DNA of 64,000 bases from Phoronis australis (taxonomy: Eukaryota > Animalia > Phoronida). A program made the translations under genes and the position numbers. The stretch lies in NCBI GenBank assembly GCA_002633005.1, contig NMRA01000063.1, positions 666,427 through 730,426 of the forward strand, given 5' to 3'. Positions 1 through 11,700 of this stretch are shown here, one piece after another (the stretch's first letter is position 1; each line of letters begins with the position of its first letter). The notes beneath the pieces are model-generated. The model did no database searches and had not been told where the DNA came from. It saw only the letters and a list, made by a program, of their open reading frames with translations.

Positions 1-70
1 AGGGTGTACATTCACGTCGTGGGTAACATGTTCGTTGAAGCTCGCCCCACAATAACAGTGAACTTGTTTC
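1..70 (-). CDS. TRPM-like cation channel, N-terminal internal exon (runs off the window)
   Basis: Acceptor cttattttcatttcag, then (R)KQVHCYCGASFNEHVTHDVNVHP, open to the window edge. Phase matches the 542-726 exon. CxCG...H resembles the TRPM N-terminal motif (TRPM2 VVCQCGYTHEQH). Confidence 0.55.
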
Positions 71-541
71 CTGAAATGAAAATAAGTTCATTTGTGAAAA
101 TGTCTAAAACTAAAATAGTATGCTTGATGTAGTTTTGATACGAAAGTAACACTGTAATGACGTAAAGGTGATTGATTCATTGCACCACACTTATTTTTGT
201 AACCTTTTCACGTTTTATAAGTAAAAATTTAATTATCGTTCGACACACCACGATGCGTTCCCGATCGCATAAACAAACGCAAATTTGCGTTCTCAATTGC
301 ATCTTTCAACAAAAAAGTATCGAAAATTCAGAGATCCCGACAAAACTACAAAAACAAGCGTTGTGTTATATTTTTATATGTCATTTCTTCATAACTTCAT
401 GGTAAATTTATTGATTTAGTGCCAAAAATAACCGCAATTGGCCAAGATGACCTACAAATTACCTTCGGCTTACGCGATGCCTCGGTTAACGTAACCTTTC
501 TCCAATAATTGGAACAGACACTAGCCTACGGTAATCTCTAC

Positions 542-726
542 CTGCCCTTCCTTAATGTGTCACGCCTTGAACTCATGTCTCTGTTTTCACATTGGAAGTA
601 AAAACAACGAAAATTCATCAAATTTACCCACCTTGCCTGGCTTCGCTTCTCGCGCCAAATTTCGTTCTCGATCGCCTTCCGGGCGTTCTCGATCCCGGCC
701 GGGGTGATTACGTGGAGAAAGGATAA
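542..726 (-). CDS. TRPM-like cation channel, upstream internal exon
   Basis: tttttgtccag acceptor, 185 nt open (LSFLHVITPAGIENARKAIENEIWREKRSQARWVNLMNFRCFYFQCENRDMSSRRDTLRKG), AG/gtagag donor, phase 2. W...C.YF resembles TRPM SWI...ECVYF. Confidence 0.5.
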
Positions 727-1263
727 CTGGACAAAAACTTTTTCAAATTTTTACTAAGGTTGATCAGATTGAAACATTTTATATGAAAGGTTAGCGCGTG
801 ATTTGTAGAGAGTCAAAGTGAAACTGGCGGATCTTTCACCGTCTGAATGGAGGGCTGAAATTCCCGCGATCAAACCTAAGCTACTGAATTATTTGAAACA
901 AACTACCAAACAGAATTTTATTTAAAAATTAACATTTCTAGAGAGAAAAGTCCCAATCTTCTCAATTTAGATGTGGAGTCTTGCCGCTTAAAGTGTAAAC
1001 TGGACGTTTTGGTATTTTTACTGGTATTGAGGAGCGTGTATGTGATTTTTGTAGACCCATGCGTAAAGGACTCTGGTCTTACAAATGTTCTCTACATTGA
1101 TCTCAGAAATCCTTATTTGCTGAGGTCATGTTGGTTTGTCCCACCTTTGCTGAGCTAAGGATTCAGAATCAGTTTGCTTCTTGATAACAAACACCTCTGT
1201 GAGTAAATTGAACTTCAGTTTTAATGGCGAAATGAGCTGTTAGATACGTATCGTAGTGAGAAA

Positions 1264-1505
1264 GTTGGTCAGATTTTCTTGTTGTCATGGTATATGTGTT
1301 GGTCAGATTTTCTTGTTGTCATGGTATATGTGTTGGTCAGATTTTCTTGTTGTCATGGTATATGTGTTGGTCAGATTTTCTTGTTGTCATGGTATATGTG
1401 TTGGTCAGATTTTCTTGTTGTCATGGTATAAGTGTTGGTCAGATTTTCTTGTTGTCATGGTATATGTGTTGGTCAGATTTTCTTGTTGTCATGGTATATG
1501 TGTTG
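1264..1505. repeat. 34-bp minisatellite, about 7 copies
   Basis: Unit gttggtcagattttcttgttgtcatggtatatgt repeated nearly perfectly. Confidence 0.95.
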
Positions 1506-2381
1506 CCTATTTTGTACGTTTTTGGAGATTGTGATTAATATAAGCCCCAGTTGTGGCTGGTATATATATATGATCTCGTGGTCAGGCTGTAACTTACCTG
1601 GAATATTTACTGTTATCAGGAAGAGCCTTCCTGCTGTTATTGATAAAAGGAAAACTGAGTACATGAAATTAAATTTTGATCTTGTCATCCAAGTCTTTTT
1701 AGTTCAGTTTTGTACGAAGTTGTGTGGGTGGGTAGTGAATATTTTGATCGATGTTCAGTACCTCTTAAAATATTCTGTCAGACATTTTGCGACTTTGACT
1801 AGTTATGAGTGATGATATACTCAATGTTGTGAGCTATTCTACAGATTGGCAACTGACTTGTTAACTAATGGTGATTATAGTGGGAGGGTGGGGAATTTAC
1901 CCTTATGTCAATAATGGAATGTTCTAAATTATATGCGAAAGTGCATCAGAATGGATTACAATGTTGTGGTAGTGATGAACCGCCTTGCTTTCTTCTTCTT
2001 AGGCCTACTTGTGTAACATACAACACTGCACAAAACAATTGTCTGCAATGCTAGTAACTTGGTGCATTGAATAGAGAACACATGGCAACTTGTTGGGTGG
2101 AGATGAAACCAGCAGTGAGTGGGACCATCATGTAATGAAAACTTGGGCCCAGGATGAAGGATGGTACTGACATAACCACAGGCCGGGGGGGACACCGGTC
2201 ATTACAAAATGTCCTTGGGGAAGGGGGGGGGGGAGGAGCATGCACATATCGATGGCCAAATCTTATCTACCTCAGCCCATGTTGTCATGGTCGGGGATCT
2301 AGCAACCAAAATAACGAGGTTCTAAAATATTGGTAACATAAAGCAATGTAAACCTGTGATCCACGCATTGGTAACATAAAG

Positions 2382-2841
2382 CANGAAGACTATTTCAAAT
2401 ACGACAAATTTGTTAAGAATTAATGGCACAAAATATAAAACGTGTAGTAAGCAGTACAAAAAGAAGTAGGTTTCGCGCGCAAACGCTGTGGCCCATAAAC
2501 AAGTAAGTCTTTTAGTATGATTATTGTAGTTAAATTGTGGTGGTGCAGTGGTAACGTACGCGCGCTCTATGCCCCAGGTCGTGAGTTCGATTCTTTGGTA
2601 CGTGCATTTTTTTCCTGTTTGACACGTTCTCCGTGTTTTTTTTGCCTTTTTTTTCTTGGATAATACTTCAGGAATCAAGGAAAATGCTTGATTTTTGGAG
2701 GTAAAAACAGAAAAATTTCCTGGGCGACCTCCCCCCATCCGGTGCTATGCGCATCTACATTCGTGGTTCAGTTTGCGCAAAAGCTTCCAACCGGACAAAA
2801 TGTTGGGCCCCCCCCCTTGTGATATCCTAGATCCGCCACTG
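2382..2841. mobile_element. MITE of the CAG(T/G)GGCGGATC-terminus family (left end collapsed at an N)
   Basis: Ends in ctagatccgccactg; cataaag is duplicated on both sides. Related short copies at about 9880-9960, 20640-20772 and 50749-50891. Confidence 0.5.
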
Positions 2842-5420
2842 CATAAAGCAATGTAAACCTGTAACCCACGCATTGCTTAGAGGGTCATACAAGGCATTGC
2901 AAAGACAAAATTCCTAATGCTTTGGCTGAAATTCCCACGGAGTGCTCAGTGCTAGGGCCTGGGAGATTTTGCCCGGGCCGGCTCAGCCGAAAAGACAATC
3001 ACTGAAATGTATAAAGTTTAGAAAATGGTATTATGCAGTGATTAGCCTTTTTCGTCGCTATAATTGTATAGTACCTATTTTTCAGTTCCGCTTGTTTATA
3101 AAACAAGACGATCAGCTGTCAAGGGAGCCCTCGATCGATCTCCGGCAAGCCATTACATCACTGCATTCCCAAAGATTTTAGTATGGGTATAAAAATTCCT
3201 TGACCCGACGCCACTTGATTTATCCTAACAAAAAGATTTGAGGCATGCGTTCGTGTGAAACACTTGAACACAAAGTAGAAAAAATTAATAGACACCCATG
3301 GAAATCGATGAACAATATGCGTGCATGTAAAGTCGTGTCATTGTATGCAACAATTGGCCAATGGAACCGTACATGTTTTTGTACGTGTTTAAGGGCATAA
3401 GTCAGTTTGAATAAAAGGAGGCAGCAGAATTTTGCAAAACGATAGAGTTATAATAACTGATATGTTAACATTAAGCATTTCAATGAAAAAAAGAAGAATG
3501 CACGACACCAAAAACAACCCGTACTGGTTGGTAAGGCACGCACATAGTGTATACATCGGTTACCCGCGTGTGTCAGTGTGAACACCACTGCGGCGGCTGA
3601 AGCCGGAAGTCGACATTTACATTTACGCAGACCCAATTTCCCAAAAGATGATTGGGCATGTCTACTTCACGTTATACCAAGGAATAATAATTACATTAAT
3701 ATGCAGACGCTTTTTTCAAAAAAGAAAACGCATGTAAGGGGTGCTGATGTGTCTCAAGGAAAATTACTTCAGTGATACGCTACTTTTCTTTACTTGTCCT
3801 AGTACCTAATTCACCTTAGCTTGGTGAACTGGTAATTTGTACAGTTTGAAACGACATGGTCTCACAGTTCAAAAATGTTGTGTTATAGACTCTGCTGTAA
3901 AACTAGTTGACACGCCGCGGAACTGCAGATTTAAAAAGGCGTTCGCATTATTAATTTTTACCAATATTAATTTTTACGCCACTCAATGTACCCCTTTTAT
4001 GCGACCATGATGTGGGGAATCTCCGGGTTTTTTTCTGTCAATAACAAGCGTACTTCCATATTATTGGCCATCCAGAAAGAGAAGGACAAGAAAAATGTTC
4101 ACACAGAAACAACACATTAAGATACTGTAACCATTTCAAACAATAAAGTTTTCATTTATTTCAGAATATCACCATCACGCAGTAAAATCACACCGTGACA
4201 GTAAAAGGGAAATGTCTAGCAGGTACAAAGTTACTGTACCGTGCTGGTACCATACATGCACCCCACTTCAGCAAAAGTCAGATTTCAACCAACTCCAAGT
4301 TAATCCCTAATTCAGTTGAATCCGACATTTACTGGCACACAATTATATATATTTATACTGACAACACCCCGCCACAAAATAAATAACATGACAAAACTCA
4401 ATTGTCGTAAACTCCACTTGCCCTGTCCTACATACCCAGCCATTAATACTCTGTAATTATAAGAAGACCATAAACAGGACAGAATATAAAAATTATGGTT
4501 TTCCTCGAGTGAGACAGTTGCAAATTTTAAAAGCTCGCCAGGCTACAGAAAATTTGTCCCATCTTTTGAAATCTAAAGAAACAACCCATCTACCGTCTCA
4601 ATATGATATTGTGGAGTGTAGCATTCTTGGGGCATCGCTTCCTTCGATCCACTTCCAGTCTTAGTAAACTGGCTATATTAATAAATCTTAAAATTGGTGT
4701 CCACTCTGTAAAAATGCACAACTATTAATCTTTTAATCACTTTTTTGTGTTTCTTCGTTGCTAGAAAACAACAGATATCTTGGTCACTAAACTCTTAAAA
4801 ACATATCGGACTAAGAAGGAAAGTCAAGTAAAAGACCTTGAAACATCGACTTAAGTGGGTGTTCTAGGGACCAAATTAAGTTGAACAATATTGTTCATGC
4901 GATGGGATTCTCACCCACAAAATCATTTTAGTTCAGTTTCAAACCTCGTAAGACAAAAAATATATCATTGATTCTGGGTCTAATCTTTATACTAGAAATT
5001 AAACTTTATTTTTTATTTTCTGCTATAACTAAAGAACTTTTAATTCTGTGCTCAAGCGTTCAATGATTTTCTTGAATGATTTTCAAAAAATCCTAGTTTG
5101 CACTTGATGATACTAACATAAAAGCTATGAGTTTTTACATGAAATCTCGTGTTGTTACTAATAATGGTTCCTAGATACTACACAGTACACACGGTAGGTC
5201 TATCCCCGCTTTCATCAGCAAGACAGCGGACCACTCCGCCCAACGAAATCCACGTGACTTCAACTCTAGTTATATTTACCTCATTGGTTCGGACTCCCTC
5301 CGCTAAATTCGTGTTGCTTATTCGCTGCTTGGGGTGCTAGTTTTCCCGATAGCTATTGCGGCGAAAGGTAAAATGGAGGAGTGGGACCTCCTTTTGAAAA
5401 GAAAGTAACATCTCTTGATG

Positions 5421-7172
5421 AACAAGAGCAACGCACATCGTTGAAATGCGCCCACGAATGCACCGCAAACGGTGTGCTTCTTGGGGTGTTCATTTGGTTT
5501 ATCATAAAAATGACCACTAGAAGGCGCAAAATACGTCGAATCCATCCGAAAACGGAACATGCCATCATTTTTTAATAGAAAGCTATTTATTGAATTTCAT
5601 AAAAATCCATAAAGGAACTTCAAAGAAACAGAGGAAAATGGAAAGATGAATTTCCACTAGGGGGCACAGCGTTCGTCAGATACGTCTGAAAGTCGTCGAC
5701 GTCCGTTCTCAACTTCATATGAATACATTTGCTAAATTTAATTTAAACATCCTGCAGATTGTTTAGGAGATACAGCTGTGGGCGCAGAAATTGCCACTAG
5801 GAGGCGCCACAGTACTCGAAGTCATCAGAAAATCGTCAGACCTCCTCTTCATATTAGGAACATACATGCCAATTTCCACAATCACTCTTAGAGTGGTTTG
5901 GTTGACAGAGGAGCAGATGCCGAAAAACAGATTCGAAAATAGTAAAAATGGCCACTAGGTAGCGCAAAATACCTCGAATTTAACCGAAAACCAGTGGATA
6001 GTGTCAACTCACTAATAGATGCTATTTGCTAAATTTTATGAAAACCGTTGAAAACCTTTGACGATACAGAGGTAAACATACTAAAAAACAAAAAATTGCC
6101 ACTAGGGGGCACACCGATTATCCAATCCGTTCGAAAGTCACCGTACTCCGGCTGCTTTCAACTACAAATAAATACACCAGCAAAAATCAATAATCATCCT
6201 GTTGAGCATTTAGGAGATACAGCCATGGGCGCAAATACAAACAAATCTGCCACTAGGAGGTGCCATAGTAGTCGAACTTATCGGAAAACCATCGTCAGCC
6301 GCCCTCTTCACAGTAAGAACACATATACCAATTTTCAAAATCATCCCTAGAGCAGTTTGGTTGATATAACGGCGGACGCCGAAAACAGACTCGAAAACTA
6401 GGTGGTGCAACGTACCTCGAATCAGTTTGAAAACGAAAGGATGGCACCATCTCACTAGTAGATGCCTAACTGCCAAATTTTATGAAAATCCGTTGAGGAT
6501 CTCCAAAGATACAGAGGCAAGTGAAAAAATTCAAATTGCCACTAGGGGGCACACCGGTAGACAGAGGTTCCTATATTCATCGGCCATCTGTTGTCAGTTC
6601 ATAGGAGCACATCTGCCAAATCTCATCAAGATCTTGTGAGGAATTTAGGAGATACCGCCATGGGTGCAAAAACAAACGAAACTGCCACTAGGCAGTGCCA
6701 CAGTAGTCGAAGTCATCAGAAAATCACTGTCAGCTGCCCTCTTCACAGTAAGAACATATATTCCAATTTTCAAAATCATCCCTAAAGCAGTTTGGTTGAT
6801 AGAAGTGCGGACGCCAAAAACAGACTCAAAAACAGACAGTAAATATGGCCACTAGGTGGCGCAAAACACCTCGAATCCATCCGAAAATGGGAGGATAGCG
6901 TCATCTCGCTAATATATGCATAACTGTCAAATTTCATAAAAATCCGTTGAGGTAAGCGTAAAAATTTAAATTGCCACAAGGGGGCACACCTGTTGTCAGA
7001 GAGGTCTGAAATTTGTCGTCATCTGTCGTCAGCTTCATAGAAACATGTCTGCCAAATCTCATCAAGATCCTGTAAGGGGTTTAGGAGATAGAGCTGCGGA
7101 AGCCGGATGACAGACGCCCAGACAGAGAAGACGGCAATATGCGACCACATATAAATATGTGGGCGCATAAAA
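5421..7172 (-). mobile_element. Complete non-autonomous Helentron-associated element (HINE/DINE-1-like) with CTCF-motif core repeats
   Basis: On minus: T-run, subterminal IR atgcgcccacatat/atatgtggtcgcat, degenerate (GTCY)n, 11 core monomers of about 145 bp, 3' gtgggcgcat, stem-loop caacg..cgttg, then ctcttgtt. Confidence 0.8.
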
Positions 7173-7564
7173 AGCCATCACCGTGGTGCTGGGTCAGGCT
7201 TAATCAATTGCCCACTTGTCTATCTTTTGAAAATAATCACAAAGTGTTTTCAAATGAATTACTGTTAATTCACAACACTTCTACCCAACAATATTCAATA
7301 GTATGAAATGTTAGTTACTACTGAACTATGTGGAGTCAGTCCAGATATTGCCTTACCACCCATGAGTCACATGCAAAAGAGTGCATGCCAAGTCTACTAC
7401 TGTAGCTCTTATGGACATAAAATGATTAAGCACGCACTCTACCAGAAAGGGTACAACACAGTTTGACTGAAGGGTGTTTTGATATGGTCGCCAATAGCAG
7501 TGAGTCATTTGTTTAGACCACAGGTGTAACTTTGTTGTAGACTTATCCTCTGACACAGTGCCAC

Positions 7565-7790
7565 CTATACTGAAAAATGGCCCAGTGGAACGACACACGG
7601 AATTCCGTGTGTCATCAGTGCACATGCCTTGGTTGGGAGTATACCTATCACATCGCCACCACTTGCAAACGTCTTTATGTACCGGTACTGGACTTGTTGA
7701 GGCTTAAGCCACTGGATCAGTGTTCCTTTGATTTTGTTTACTTCGATCACTGCCCGTTTTAATAAATTGCAACTATTTAAGTCAAATGTG
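7565..7790 (-). pseudogene. Degenerate RecQ-like helicase fragment (probably transposon-derived)
   Basis: LKPQQ...IKTFASGGDVIGILPT...CVVPL resembles the RecQ Q-motif, the approach to motif I, and motif Ia; the Walker A GxGKS is missing. Confidence 0.3.
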
Positions 7791-8523
7791 ATCGCAAAAC
7801 TGGTAACTGTAAACTGCAAGGGGTTTTCCAGATTTCAACCAATGGGAGTGACTGAATGTTATGACGTTGGTTTCATTACTTTAACCAATGAGAAGACATG
7901 TTAAATAACATTTGACAGAGCTACATTTCAAATTACTGTGAAAGAGTGTATTGTAGACTAAATGACTTTTGAACAAAGACAGTCTCAGAGAAAGAGAAGA
8001 GGTTCCACAAAAGTCCTCCCTCTGAGGATCTGCACCTGTTTTAATGACGACAATAACTATATCTATTCTTAAAACATTTTAGTTGACATGTCTGGTTAAG
8101 AATGAAAACAATGCTCTCACATATAGCAATGACACTAGCCACTCACAGAGCAGGGACATTACATCAGTTTTAACACTGTAAAACACATTTTGGGATTATT
8201 TTTGGATGGGATAGACTTCTTGAAGTTATTGAGCAGATCCATAACACAATCGTTTTTTGGGATTTTTTAAAACATCATCAAATTCTTGCCATTGTCTACC
8301 ACAGCTCAGCTGAAATCAAGGCCAACGACTTCACTAGACAAATAGCTTAAAATAGTGCTACATTCATCAAGTGGAATTTAGCTCCACCAGCAGGGTTAGA
8401 CTGCGACCATGGGGTTTCCGTTTCAATGATTTCACGCTGAGGCCGATTTCAGAACATCAGCCTTTGTCACCAATAATGTCCTTTTAATTGGCATTGGCCT
8501 TTGCAACAATACCAAAGGAAGCA

Positions 8524-8713
8524 CTATGTCATTGCTTGGTCATAGTCTGAAGGCTCAGGGTCTTGTCTACTAATTATCAACATGTGAATGGTGTGCACAC
8601 CAGGCAACTGTTGATCAGCCATGTTCGGGCAGTCAGCACCAAACAGTTGAAGAGGGACATGACAGCACTTGAGACACCACTTCCTGAGCAGGTGTTCTAG
8701 TGAACGACTGGCA
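8524..8713 (-). CDS. METTL23: METTL23 exon 5 (terminal)
   Basis: tgtttgtttcag acceptor; (S)ASRSLEHLLRKWCLKCCHVPLQLFGADCPNMADQQLPGVHTIHMLIISRQDPEPSDYDQAMT then TAG. Confidence 0.92.
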
Positions 8714-11700
8714 CTGAAACAAACACAGGGACTGAGTGTACAGAAATGTCAATCTAAAGCACTGTAAATTTTGATTTAAAGTAAATATTTCGACATCACA
8801 AAGAAGACTGCACAAAACATCTATAAATAATTGTAATAAATAAAGCACATGCTACTAGGTCACCTCAAATTTAAACCCTTCAAACAATAGTCAATAAACA
8901 TTTGAATTCAGTTACCAACAATTCTGGGAGAAATTTTAAATATTTCTTCTTGAATTTCTGTACTTTTGATTAAGAAATAAATGCAAAATTACATAATTAA
9001 AATTTTCATGTAAATAACGTAGAAAATAAATCCAAAACTAAAAGAGGCGATCCAGATCCTCTAAAGAATATACTTGTGTGTCGAAAAGTAGAATAAATAT
9101 ACGTAACTAAAACAAAAATGGATCACTGAAATTTTCGGATATAATAATATCCTTCGTCAACAGAAACAGAAATAAAGTAAAATAAAACACTGACAATGAC
9201 ATCTGATATATGGCGTAATGAACATGATACATTATTGTGGAAACAAGTAAAGGATATAATTTAAGAAGTCTTAATGTTCAATCCAATAGGTTCAAGTGTT
9301 TTGTGTGACCTCATCAGTGGATCCGGTCTCCACCATTGTGTTGTTCCACATCAACAGCGAGCCTAAGTAATCTCGAAAACTGAGTTTGACCAAGTATTAT
9401 GAAAAGTTGCATGTATGGAGGATGCAGTAACAGCTAGCAATCGAACAGACAGTATTTTGGATTTTGCATTTCTAAAAGATGGTAATATTGCCCAGAAATG
9501 GCAGAGAGATTCGTGCATCGGACAGTACACGTTGGACCAAGCAAAAAGTTCAGGGGCCACGCTGTGCTCAGCCCATTATGGAGAATCCTGCTTCCATCTG
9601 GCATAGAAACGGAGATTTGACGAAAGTTTCTCCAATGTGTATGTGCATTTGATAGAGATAAAGTATTATTTTTTACCATTGCTGGGAACACAGTTGTCAG
9701 GCATATGTTGAGTATGAGCCTGAACATCAAATTTTGACTGTGACAACGAGTATGATTGCAGTAAGTTTCCATCAGTGTATTCTTGTTCAAGACTGTAAGA
9801 ATACATGCTATCCATACATACGTCAACACGCGCTACCCGCACATACGTCAACACGCGCTACCATTGGGCAGTTCGGGAGTGCCTATGTCGGACAGGCAAA
9901 ATCCTGGCTAATACTCTGCCCTGGCCCTCCCCTAACTCAAAATCGTGGATCCGCCCATGATAACTGAATGTTAGTTTACGTATTTTATCCATTTTCAATC
10001 ACAGAGTAATTTTATTGCAAGTAGAACGTTAATTAAGTACGAATTTATCAGTGTTTACACAGTTCGGACTGCGCCGCTAAATAAATGTTGCTTATTCGCC
10101 GCTCGGGGCACTAGTTTTTCGACTGATAACCATTGTGGTGAGTGGCAAGACGGCGGAGTGAACTCTACTATTCTATGTACACTCCTTGCTACTATTCTAT
10201 GTAAACTCCTTGCTACTATTCTATGTAAACTCCTTGCTACTATTCTATGTAAACTCCTTGCTACTATTCTATGTACACTCCTTGCTACTATTCTATGTAA
10301 ACTCCTTGCTACTATTCTATGTACACTCCTTGCTACTATTCTATGTACACTCCTTGCTACTATTCTATGTAAACTCCTTGCTTCTATCCTGACTTTACCT
10401 TCGCTCTTGATAGCTACACCACATTTCTGCTCCAGGGTTCTTCTTTAGTAGATAGGCTGCTGTGACTAGCACTGATTCAAAATCTGTAATCAGTAAATTA
10501 AATGCAGAACTGTCCGTGTTAGCCAATGAGCATTGCTTTTACAATATAATACATCATAAAACAAAAAAGCAAGCCCCAAATCTGGGAATGAAAGTATGAT
10601 AAAGTTTCCTAAAATTTGAACAAAAATAATTGTCAAAATGGTCATTTTCTAACTTTCAAAAGTTAGACGTTATTAATTGTGTTTATTGATGACAATTGTA
10701 CCATATAAATTTTGAAAATGATCAAGTAATCTTTTCTTCCACGTTTACTTTTGTAGAAAATTTTGATGTTTTTTAGCCTTCTGCTCTAATGTTTTCTAAA
10801 TTGAAGAAAATTTACTGCAGTACTGGTGTACTCTTCCCTTTTTCAAAGATATTTGTTATTAAAAAAGAGTGCAGCTGGTCTGATGTCATTTGTGGTGCAT
10901 CAGACTTGCACAAGCCTCATGGCTGGGCCCATTACACTATACACCTGAGCTAAAAACAAAAGAGCCGTGTTATGGATCAACAGGTTCTTCACGATGGAAG
11001 TTTTCAAGTATGCCTGTCTCTTTTATAAAATTAGACAGACACTTCTATTACAGTATTCTTCACTTATTTAGCACACAATATGGCCAACGTGAATTTTTTA
11101 TCACCTTTCTCCGCAAAAATAAAAATTAAGAAACTTTTTAGTAAACTTACCATTATGTGCAATAACACTTGAAAATTACCGTACCTTGTTTTTGTCAGAA
11201 TATTTTTTTTCAATTTAAAACTTCGTAGTTCACATTTACCTTTGGGGTACAACAAAGTAAAGTGACATTTCTGAATCTATCTCAGAAATTCCCAGTATGC
11301 TTACTTTTACACAGTAAAATCAATGTTGAAACTACACAATAGGTGGTAGCACTAGCCACCCCAAAAAGCATGGAAGTTCATTAATAATCAAGTCAAATCA
11401 CTAAAAGCTAGGCTCTTGTCATCTTTTAAAACATGATTACCTGATTTGTCATAAAAGCAGTCAGAAGCTAACACAATATCAAGTGACGGCAGCTCCATGA
11501 GTTCAGCATTTATAACTCCCCACGAGATGGCAACAACTGGTATGTCTGCCAGTCCATTCACCAGGCAGGATTGCCTACAGTTCTCTAAACATTGAGGATA
11601 CCGACTGCTGTCACTCAATATGACATCTCCGCCCAGTTTGGCAGCTAATACTCCAGGCAAAGCAGTCCCAGCACCAAGCTGAAGAAAGATGTTTCAGCAA

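Noticed and set aside
1264-1505. 34-bp repeats (and the 27-, 30- and 40-bp arrays) as CRISPR arrays
   Set aside because: Units are contiguous with no unique spacers, there are no cas genes, and the context is eukaryotic.
8633-8848. 71-aa ORF as METTL23 exon 4
   Set aside because: Wrong frame and no homology; the true exon 4 is 10399-10483 and exon 5 uses another frame.
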